Shown here piece after piece: positions 39,801 through 48,761 of a stretch of DNA of 64,000 bases. The notes beneath the pieces are model-generated. The model did no database searches, had not been told where the DNA came from, and worked only from the letters and a program-made list of their open reading frames with translations. This DNA is from Yuukianura sp. NJ FZ-2021 (taxonomy: Eukaryota), in the NCBI GenBank assembly GCA_046563655.1, contig CM102289.1, positions 1,054,001 through 1,118,000 of the forward strand, given 5' to 3'. Both the position numbers and the translations under genes were made by a program. Each line of letters begins with the position of its first letter. Position 1 is the stretch's first letter.

Positions 39801-40495
39801 GTCCGGTAAGGGCGTACCACTACGCAAACAGTTGTTAATGGTGGTCCTTGTGTCCAAGATTCCAGCTCCCAGCGTCAGTTCAATCGCCAAAAGTCATCCA
39901 AAAATGTTCGAGGTTAGAATGAATCAAAATCAGTTTTGAATCAGAACTTAATTCACCTTAGTTAGTCCTCATCCGGTTGAGGACATACCACGATGCAAGC
40001 AAAGTGATCCGGTGTCAATGTTCAGATCCAATCGTTCGGTCCAGATCGTCAAGTTGTCCCTCAGGTTCGTTGTATTCTTAATTAGCACAGGGTCGCCAAA
40101 AAATGTAAAAACAATGAGGACTCAATACCTACCCGGTACTGACTTCCTCCTATTTGGAATACTTGAACGATCTTTTAAGTGTACAAAACTTTATTCCGAA
40201 TTCAAATTAATCAAATCAAAATCCCAATTAGTAAAAAAGAGCCAATTTTAGAAGTAAGAGTATGCTCTACCTTATAAGAGAGACAAAAGGGAACTATTTT
40301 CAAAAATGGCTACTTGATGATTTCATAACTTACAACTTATACTTATTTTTAGAACTTTTTAAACTCAAAAACCCAAACAAAAGCTCCCGCCCATATTATC
40401 CATAACGCATAGTCACAACCCTTACACAAATAATAATTTTAACACATTTTAACTTATTTCAACCTATTTTAACATATTTTAACCTAGTTTTAACA
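33871..40495 (-). mobile_element. Full-length BEL/Pao LTR retrotransposon
   Basis: TGT..ACA LTRs at 33871-34267 and 40104-40495; 5-bp TSD ACAGG (33866-33870, 40496-40500); PBS-like TGGCGACC next to the 5' LTR; PPT-like GAAGGTGGAGTA before the 3' LTR. Confidence 0.95.
34372..39615 (-). CDS. BEL/Pao gag-pol polyprotein (1747 aa, intact)
   Basis: Three Cys/His knuckles (CVFCDKDH, CFVCLRPGH, CNLCGKRH), protease LLDCGSQ, RT YVDN, RNase H FSDAS/IPRLEL, integrase (GVDLAGP, SDNGTNF, WWERII). Confidence 0.95.
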   Translation of the reverse strand: MDQLKKNRKLLRIAVTKWVNALDAELKKTDSDLVKIEATMPVLENQSIKLSEVDEAIRNLLFDDDEFTEEMLEEDMNSCHDYEFKVSEIRVRVQNLLHPSIPRSTRSDSLDTSSYSQRKTTTKYPKIELRKFGGELKEWLGWWAQYEKIHTDEGLDEADKFTYLIQSMQKGSRAEELVKGYPQSKANYQNAVSALQNRYGKPKLLKQVYVRELISMILMKSREKMALSTLYDRLESHIRSLDSLGVTVEQMGIFLFPMVESSLPEEILVAWQRSSSFGQDGSKLTPPKSELDFLMEFLRNEIDNEEQRKLAKSGFDSADRRSDSRKSKSTEQGNDPFTAAGLFSGSAKTLCVFCDKDHASKNCFAAQKMTMEERNGKLKKKGACFVCLRPGHISKTCKSNVKCNLCGKRHEPLMCPTNPRNMGKAEQKKEDSATTQSNLNCTSEVVLRTLMVKLENPTSKKCKTVRALLDCGSQRSYMLKKTAEDLKLLPFQTLTMNHQLFGGTEVSNTPHGIFDVNLRSVSSPFVMEVRVMDQVTICGNLPRVARGSWLKELKSLKIFVNDLDEHNPREIEFLIGADLLANLLTGKLQRLKNGLLATETRLGWTLMGEFEQPKEVNLAMTSICMTVQSASVCDLWSLDILGITDPAEAMSQEEKDSRAQQHFIETVKQRDEGMYSVCLPWVSDGVLIPTNLQVAQQRLESTTRKLVALGKVEDYSLIFLEWEKEGLISRVTEKMENCHYLPHRAVLKPESKTTPIRPVFDASCKVGRAPSLNGCLEKGPNLLELIPSLLLRFRLRRVGVISDIRKAFQMIEVNEDDRDFLRFLWWENLEDKKMTIYRHNRVVFGMNCSPFLLGAILSFHFHKLETQFPETIEKLKSSIYVDNCVLSVDTPEEFEIFKQEAIDILKLAGMDLRQWECTGDKTGEVTSVLGLKWNKGEDTLCVDSISDPLPEKISKRVVLSFVHQVFDPLGLLAPVVLVPKLLIQKAWSENRKWDEPLPSELVEEFRLWHSELSDMFLNFSVPRRCTFGEANGQSQFQLHVFSDASGSAYATVIFLRTEIDDRVEVQLIQAKSRVAPVKKVNIPRLELLGCSIGARLAKSVKRALDMEDVPTWFWTDSTTALSWVKKNDEWGTFVGNRVREILSLTTVEQWKFVPGHLNPADLPSRGVTPRKFLSLKWWEGPSWLKLGKIDWPEQKFNSDPDLVNSERRKGLITSLFCSTDKLWYLVKNSYSVNVRILAFVLRFLKALKTKRREDSITLTVEEIDTAERKLSLLVQQESFNTGDNMIAGLRVCRDEYGLIRVKTKLTNRQDSVGFKTPVLLPNGHPITTQLIREEHVFNCHGGAQIMMGLLREKVWIVKGRLAVKKVIRSCFICQRFTSTKKIEPTPALPENRVKNVTAFHVTGVDLAGPLVLKNNSKVWITIFSCAVYRCVHIELVPAISTVEFLLAFTRFSMRKTRPSIVYSDNGTNFVGAANLFKLIDWDEVQKKTKQQRISWRFNPPSAPWWGGWWERIIRSMKDLLKRMCGHAKLTYQDLETCLCQVEWSLNHRPLTFVTEDSNDFVPLTPSMFLYDLPVTSLPEIEVLTASKLGIKRKNLSVLLDELKDRFRSEYLGLLIQRGNEQKSKPLEIGDLVLIGREDVKRVLWPMGRILELYPGLDGVNRVAKVKTESGELTRPIQRLYPLELAPGEVIFPVTTNGVDASTSTKKHKRTVITEEYKPEEMEEVSESEIVKTRSGRNVKKPVRFVSV

Positions 40496-42062
40496 ACAGG
40501 GAAGTACACTCATGCGCAACTCAAACAAATTGTGGAACGGGTCAAACCAGATGCTATGGTTCTGGACATATTTTTTCACACTCCGGCACTCATGGAATCT
40601 GGTAAACACAAAAGTCACAAACTTATGCACAAAAAAGTCAAAATCTTTTTTTTTTGAAACTTTTTTGAGCTTTCCCGATTTTGTTTTCAAGGGATTCCTT
40701 GGATTTCTTCAATTTCCATTATGCCGCTAGGACTTTCGAGAGACAATGTTCCACCGCCGTACGCCGGATTTCCAACGGAAGGAAATTTGGAAGAATGGAA
40801 AAATTTTGAAACTGAACTCAAAAAAATTTATAAGAATTTTGAAACTGACTACAACCAATGGCTGCGTGATGTAGGCAGTACCGAAGTAGTTCGACACCAA
40901 TTTCCGTACATGATGAACCATTCCCCTTATGCCAACATGTACATGTATCCACTTGAATTGGACTACACAGCTTACCGACAACTTCCAAGCACTTTTCATC
41001 AGTTTGACGCTTTTGTGCGAAAGTGAACTGAAACTTTTGAAGTTCCCGCCAAAATTCAAAATGGACCAGGAAAATTGATTTACTTTTCAATAGGAACTTT
41101 GGGCTCAATGGAAATGGGAGTAATGAGGAAACTCATTTCAATTTTATCCAAATCTCCAAACAGATTCATCGTTTCTAAAGGTAAAATTTTAAAGTTTGTA
41201 TTCAAAAAATTTCGAAATCTGCATTCAAAAAAATCAGAAATTTCATTTTTTTTTAATTTTAGGACCAGCAGGAGATGACCTTGACCTTGCAGGAAATATG
41301 TGGGGAGAGAACAATGTTCCGCAGTTAGCGATCATTCCGATTGTTGATCTCGTGATTACGCATGGCGGGAACAACACAATTACGGAATCCTTTTATTTTG
41401 GAAAACGCGTTTTAGTTCTGCCTTTGTTATTTGACCAACCAGATAATGCTCAACGAATTTTTGAAACTGGACTTGGCCTGCAATTCAATCCATACAAAGT
41501 TTCTGAGCAAGAACTGCTGGTTGCCATAGAAACGCTGCTGGGAGATGATCTGCTCCAACGCAGAATGAAATCCATCTCGCAAAGAATCCAATCGTCCAAC
41601 AGCCAATCAAAAGCAGCCGACCTTGTTGAAAAAATTGCAAGAAAACACTAATGGAATAATACGCCCCAAAAACACAGTTTTATCACCAGGTTGAAATAGT
41701 TCAAATAGGTTCAAACTGGAATATTAATTCTTTGCGCTTAATTAAATTTAACTTCTTCAACGTGTTTCGCGTGTCAAGGGCAACTACGCACGTAATTTCA
41801 TAAGTGCATTTTACAGCTGTTATAAATAAAATATGTCTATTAAAATGAAAACGTCGAGGTTAATCTGTTTTATCAAAGTGCACCTTGACTTGACTTAAGC
41901 ATTCTGCAAGTTCTAGTTTTCAAAAAAAGATTAGGATAAATATCACGACGTCGCAGTATGATTAGTAATAAGTTCAATTTTTGATTAAAACACGAGTTTT
42001 CGTTTTCACTTTTGGCTAAAAGTTTTGTGAGATTTTTGCTTAGAAATTGAAGATTTGCAAAA

Positions 42063-43555
42063 ATGTCCGAAAAATTAAAGTTTTTGTTTGTCCCGGCTGA
42101 CGGAGTTGGTCATTTCAATGCTTGTTTTGGCATAGCCGCGGTTTTGAAAGATCGAGGTCACTCGGTGACCTTTGCAGCTCCAGAAATATGGAGAGGGAAG
42201 TTGAAAGCAATGGGATACAATGAAGAACTGTACAAAGTGTCTGATGAATCGGCTGAATTGGATGAACAAGCGGGAAAAAAGTGGGGTGAAATGATTGCTA
42301 AAGTGGCGCCAGTAATTGCAGGTCCAGTAATTGAGTTGCACAAAAAACTTTACTTAAAAATGTGGGAAAAAATTTTCATCAAAGTCAAGTACGTCCATGC
42401 GCAACTCAAACAAATTGTGGAACGTGTCAACCCGGATACTATGATCTTGGATATGTTTTCGCACTGTCCAGCACTCATGGAATCAGGTAAACACAAATGT
42501 TATAAACTCAAACAAAAATAATTCAAAATGATCAAGGAATGACGCGAATGAAAAAAAAAGTGACGAAAAAGTTGTACCAACCTTTTAAATTTTTGGGAAT
42601 TTGCAATTTTTTTGTAGGAATTCCTTGGATTTCTTCAATTTCTGCGGCGCCGCTAGGACTTTCGAGAGACAATGTTCCACCGGCGTACGCCGGATTTCCA
42701 ACGGAAGGAAATTTAGAAGAATGGAAAATTTTTGAAACTGAACTCAAAAAAATTTATACAAATTTTGAAAACAAGTACAACCAATGGCTGCGTGATGTTG
42801 GTAGTAACGAAGTAGTTCAAATGAAATTTCCGTTTTTGATGCAACATTCTCCTTATGCCAACATGTACATGTATCCACTTGAGTTGGATTATACAGCATA
42901 CAGACAACTTCCAGCCACTTTTCATCAGTTTGACGCTTTTGTGCGAAAGTCAACTGAAACTTTTGAAGTTCCCGCCAAAATTCAAAATGGACCAGGAAAA
43001 CTGATTTATTTTTCAATGGGAACTTTGGGATCCATGGAAATGGTAGTAATGAGGAAACTCATTTCAATTTTATCCAAATCTCCAAACAGATTCATTGTCT
43101 CCAAGGGTAAAGTTTCCAAATTTGTATTCAAAAAATCAAAAATTTCAGGTTTTGTTTTAATTTTAGGACCAGCAGGAGACGACCTTAACCTTGCAGGAAA
43201 TATGTGGGGAGAGAACAATGTTCCGCAGTTAGCGATCATTCCGATTGTTGATCTCGTGATTACGCATGGCGGAAACAACACAATTACAGAATCTTTTTAC
43301 TTTGGAAAACGCGTTTTGGTTCTGCCTTTGCTATTTGACCATGGAGATAATGCTCAACGGATTTTTGAAACTGGACTTGGCCTGCAATTCAATCCATACA
43401 AAGTTTCTGAACAAGAACTGCTGGTTGCCATAGAAACGCTGCTTGGTGATGATCTGCTCCAACGCAGAATGAAATCCATCTCGCAAAGAATCCAATCGTC
43501 CAACAGCCAACCAAAAGCAGCCGATCTTGTTGAACAAGTTGCTAGAAAACACTAA
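42063..43555 (+). CDS. Soluble UDP-glycosyltransferase UGT4 (433 aa, 3 exons)
   Basis: Exons 42063-42486, 42618-43106 and 43167-43555. Signature ends FDH rather than FDQ. Confidence 0.9.
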
Positions 43556-43963
43556 TGGAATAATACACTCCAAAAACAAAGTTTTATCACCAGAAAACTA
43601 AAAACATAGCGCAGAATCATAATAACTCAGAATTTTAAAAAAACTAACATTTTATTTTTGAATTAAACAAAAAAAAAACATTTTTTACGCAAAATTATAG
43701 AAAAGGAAGAAATTTAGGAACCGTTCATACTCATGCCAATCCTGTTCACAAGTTGCTCTAAAATATGGTGGTAGATTCAGCAATAACAAAACTGGAACAA
43801 AAAAAATTTTCTTTGAAATTAAAAACAAAGTTTTTTAACCTCGAATTTTTAAAATTAAATGATACCTTCGTAAATCGGCGAACAAATGTCGTTGTTTTAG
43901 TTTAAATTTTTAGTTTAAATTCAAATATCTTATACACTTTTTTTTGAACAAGCAAAAAAGGAA

Positions 43964-45487
43964 TTAAGCGGGAACAATTTTAAGTTCACTGGAACCGTAG
44001 CGAAATTGAACTTGTGCCGCAATGACGTACGCCACAGTTTGTCCATCCATAGCGTCTTTACATGCGTTAATAAATTCACTCAAGCCCTTCTCCTCTGGAA
44101 AAGCCTCTAACAAGCGACACATCAAAATTTTAATATCAGAAATCAAATTTTGAAGTCGTTTTAGTGCCGCCATGAACTCCTCTTCCAATCCCTTTCCATC
44201 ACGGACTACACTGCGTAAAATGCAATTCTCAAGAGTTGCTTCCTTCTTAATATCCTTTGTTATTCCAATTAAGTCGTTCAAGATTCCCGCGAAATCTAAT
44301 ACTCCAGTGTCCAAAAGTTTAAACAAAAGACTTTTTCGAATTTTTTTGGGAATTGGTTTAGTGTTTTGGAACATCAAAAGTGCATGCACAACTGGACCAA
44401 ATCCAGCGTCATAACCACGAATCACTTTCTGCATGTCTTCTGAAAACTGCATTGGCTCGTGTGCTTTGTAGCGGAGAGCTTGAGCCTGCGCACTCAATCC
44501 AAAATGTTGCAACCCATACTTGCCACTGTCTGGAGCTCCATTTGGAAATTGCTTGCGCAGTCTCGACACATAATCAGCTACGACCACTTTCAGTCGTTCA
44601 TCCACTGGAATCAGTTTAGTCAATTTGTCCAGTTGATCAGCATCGTACTGTTCTGAGCCATTGCGTACTTGTTTCCAGTCAATATCCAATTTGTCAATGA
44701 TGAGGCGACTTGCTGCCGAAGTGTCGCTCAACATCAGTTCCAAATCTTCTCCCGCGTCGTCAATCATTGGTGCCAAAGCATTCAATCCAGCGGCCATTTC
44801 AAATAAATCTGAAAAGCAGTCGACATGCGGACCCACCGTACAGGAAAACATGATGGCAAAATACATATTTTTCTCTAGATCGTCTTCATCCAATGTGTCT
44901 AGCAACGGACGGTATCGCGCAGTAGTTTGACTTATAAGCTTACTCTGCTCCGCTTTGTCCAAGTCGAAAAAGTTGGAAATTGGAAACGATCTAGAAAAGA
45001 AGGCAGCAAATTACTTTCAGCTCATCAAAAATAAAAATTTGTCGCATAGCTATCCGCCCTCTGTTCAAGGAACCCGATAGCTCAGTCGTTAGAGATCATA
45101 TTCACGGAGTGAAGAGTATGCGGGTTCGAGTTCCATTCGGTTATAATTTTTTTTCATGCGGCCATTCCCCATCTCTCAAGCCGTGCGAGCCCCGAGCCTG
45201 GCAGGAAGCAAAAAACCAAAGCAGCGAAAAGAAAAATAGATACGAGAGTGTCGATAACAAAAAAAATGCAAGAAACACATAGTGGCGAATATAAAAATGG
45301 CGAAAAAACATAGCCCAGAAAACACTTACTCTCGTGGGTGAAAGAGTGGAATTTCGCCACAAAGTGGACCCGTTTTTCCATAAATGGGATGATCAATTTG
45401 GCCCAAATCAAAAACTAATTTTAAATTTCCTGGTGGGTTGTCTGTAATACAGGTGAGACGGTATGCTCCATTGTCAAGTGAAACCAT
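43964..45487 (-). CDS. Microbial-type class I terpene synthase TPS3 (394 aa, 2 exons)
   Basis: Exons 45330-45487 and 43964-44990. Motifs DDAGE, IRGYDAG, NDLIGITKD, RY. Same 158-nt first exon as TPS1 and TPS2. Confidence 0.85.
45070..45142 (+). repeat. tRNA-like repeat copy in TPS3 intron
   Basis: GATAGCTCAGTCGTTAGAG..CGGAGTGAAGAG..GGTTCGAGTTCCATTCGGTT followed by a T-run. Confidence 0.65.
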
Positions 45488-45545
45488 TTTTGCCTTTGTG
45501 CAAAACTGACCAAGTATAAAATGACTTCCTTTGTAAATGCTGCAC

Positions 45546-45553
45546 TATTTATA
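45546..45553 (-). promoter_or_regulatory. Possible TATA box of TPS3
   Basis: TATAAATA on the minus strand ~60 bp upstream of the ATG. Weak evidence in AT-rich DNA. Confidence 0.3.
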
Positions 45554-46811
45554 CAATTTCTCTGGATCTAGTTTCATGTAAACAACAATGTTAAAAAGTA
45601 GTGGTGTGGGATTCCCAAAATACAGGTTTGCTATAAAAAAAAAACGACTTTGGTTACGGACATTATGGAAAGAGACTGTGAGAAGGACAACTGGGATCGG
45701 CAACTATCATTACTAGAAATCTACAACAGATTCACAAGAACAAAGTTTCCTAAAACTACACTTTGATAGCGAAAGCTACTTTATGGAATTGGCCATTCTT
45801 TTTGTCTGTCTGTGTCTATTATACAGCTGCTGCCAGGTTTCATCTCTGGCAACGTCTTGCTTATGAGAAGCATCAATATTTTTCAAACTTTCACGAATTT
45901 TGCACTGGTATAGCCAGTATAGGTGCATATCTACTTTTTCGTCATTTCATCCACGCCTGGATATCCAGTGGAAGAAATAGCCGAAATGGATGAATCCAAA
46001 TGGGCGGAGCTTTGCCCGCAGGGTATGCATAATTTGAAAATAAAGAGCGGGAAGAAATCAAAGTCACTGCAAAAGCAGCCGCAAATAGTGCTAAAGTAAG
46101 TTCTAACAACAAAATAGTTCAAGCAAAAACGAGTTAAATTGTTAATTCAAATATTCAATAATGATTAATTAAATTTACTTGAAATTCACGCGAAGTTTTT
46201 GAACCCAGTTCATTTTTTTCCATCCACGTTTAAGCATTTAGCAACAATGGGAATAGTGCCAATCCATCTTTCGCTAGTTGTGTACCATAAACTTCACATT
46301 CAAAACACATAAAATTCAAAAGCAAGCGAACCTTTTTAATGATCAACTTCTTGAAACTAAATTGTGTGAGTTTGTCCTAACATTTGTCATCTATTCCAGA
46401 TTAAGCATTTCTTTTTTCTCAATAAAAAACAGAACCTGATTCTATAATTCCCAACATTAAGTAGCGAGGAAATTAAATTTAACTAAGTAATGTCCTGTCT
46501 CAAAATTCAAAATTTTGAAAAAGGTGTATTTCAAAAAAATAAAATAAAGTCACTTGAAATGACCCTAAACCGAAGCTCATGCCAAGGATAATGTGTTATT
46601 AATTGTTTTATTATTCAAATATTTAAAAGCTATTCATTTTTACAAAAATTCTAAAGCAATTAAATTTAAATTAACCTAAATGTGGAGCTTAAATATCTCC
46701 GGTTCGTTACACAAATATTTGGTTAGAAAGAAAAGTTTTTTCTTTAACTTAAAATTTTCGATTTGGTTGTAGCAACTTGTATTTTTTTTAAATATTTTTT
46801 TTTTGCCGAGA

Positions 46812-48311
46812 ATGTCCAATAAAAAACTAAAATTTTTGTTTGTGCCATTGGAGGGAGTTGGTCACTTCAATGCCTGTTTTGGCATAGCTTCAGTTTTGAG
46901 AGATCGAGGTCATATAGTGACCTTTGCTGCACCAGAAATCTGGAGAGGGAAAATTGAAACGCAGGGATACCGGGAAGAATTGTACACAGTTTCGTCCGAA
47001 CCGATAAAAAGTGTTTCTGAACCGGAAAAAACTGTTTCGGAACCGGGCGAAAGGTGGGGTGAAATGATGAAGAAAGTTACTCCTTATTTCACCCAGCCAC
47101 CAATTGAGATACACAAACATTACTATTTGGAGGTTTTTGAAGAACTTGCTGAGCATGCGAAACTGGCTCATGCGCAGATTCAAAAAATTATGGAACGTGT
47201 GCAACCCGACGCAGTAATTGTTGATCACGTTTTTCATTTTCCGGCTATAATGGAATCAGGTACATTTTGGATCTTGTATAGCACGCACTGATGCTGCGTA
47301 TTATACGTTGTTTTTTTGAAAATTTATGAACATGATGATTTTTTTTTAATTTTAGAAATACCTTGGATTTGGTTAGTGTCCATGAATCCACTTGGATGCA
47401 CTGAAGACAAGTCACTGCCACCAGCATGGTCTGGATTTTCAACTGAAAGAGATCGAAAAGAGTGGGAAATTTTCAAAAACGAAATAGAAGAAATTTACAA
47501 AAAATTGAAAAACGAATACAACCGATGGCTTGTACAGATAGGGAGCAAAGAAAAAATTGAAAACAACTTTCCATATTTTTTGAAACAATCACCCTATGCC
47601 AACATTTACATGTACCCACTTGAACTGGACTACAATACGCAAATTGTGAATCCAAAATTTCATCAATTTGATACTTTCATGCGTCCTGCATTTCAAAATT
47701 TCGAAATTCCCGAAAAACTGAAAACCGGTCCAGGAAAACTTGTTTATTTTTCAATCGGAACAATCGGTTCAGCCGAATTGAATTTGATGAAGAAGCTGAT
47801 TTCAATTTTTTCAAAATCTTCCAACAGATTTATTGTTTCCAAAGGTACGCCAAATTCAAATTTCAGTATTTTCAAATTCAAAAACTTAAAACTTTTCATT
47901 TTTTTAGGACCCCAAGGAGATAAACTTGACCTTGGACAAAATATGTGGGGAGAGAACAACGTTCCGCAGCTAGCGATCATTCCGATTGTTGATCTCGTGA
48001 TTACGCATGGCGGGAACAACACAGTTACGGAATCCTTTTACTTTGGAAAACGCGTTTTAGTTCTGCCTTTGTTGTTTGACCAACCAGATAATGCTCAACG
48101 AATTTTTGAAACTGGACTTGGCCTGCAATTCAATCCATACAAAGTTTCTGAAGACGAACTGCTGGTTGCCATAGAAACGCTGCTTGGAGATGATCTGCTC
48201 CAACGCAGAATGAAATCCATCTCGCAAAGAATTCAATCGTCCAACAGCCAATCAAAAGCAGCCGATCTCGTGGAGGAAGTGGCAAGAAATCGTGTAAGAA
48301 AAATTAAGTGA
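46812..48311 (+). CDS. Soluble UDP-glycosyltransferase UGT5 (446 aa, 3 exons; most divergent paralog)
   Basis: Exons 46812-47259, 47356-47844 and 47908-48311; GVGHFN, FDQ. Confidence 0.9.
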
Positions 48312-48761
48312 GGCTGGAGATCCACGGGTAAACTTTTAGTCAAAAGCAAAAAAGTAATATTTTATATTCGAGCTTAATGAAACGTATTAATTTCGAGCCT
48401 ATTTCTTTTGCACTTAGAAAATTGTGTCTAGTTTTTGATTAGCAAAAGTTTTAGACTCCGTGATAAATGTTTTCAGTTTTTGGAACTTAAATTAAATTAT
48501 ATATAAAACAAAGTCGGCATTTCGTGTAGAACAAAGTTTTAGAAATAAAAGCCCATTGACCGTTGCATGACGCCGGACTGGTTAAAAAATTGTCTTCATT
48601 TAGTGGAATACGAACCTGTTTTAACTCCAAATTGTTTGACTTTTGCAGTTCCACTTTAAAGCATATCTTTACTTGATTTGAACAACGCAACTACTGTAAC
48701 TAAAACGTCGTTATAATTACAATAAAAGTTTGGTTTAAACAAAAAGTAAAACTTTGCTAAA

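Larger units (their letters stand above)
33548..41651 (+). pseudogene. UGT3, disrupted by an LTR retrotransposon in exon 1 and a nonsense codon
   Basis: Exon 1 is split at ..IVITG|KYTHAQ by the 33871-40495 insertion. TGA at 41024-41026 where paralogs have TCA. Confidence 0.9.

Noticed and set aside
24969..48311. Bacterial contamination as the source of the TPS/UGT genes
   Set aside because: The genes have conserved GT-AG introns, host-like composition and host transposon insertions, and are contiguous with arthropod genes.
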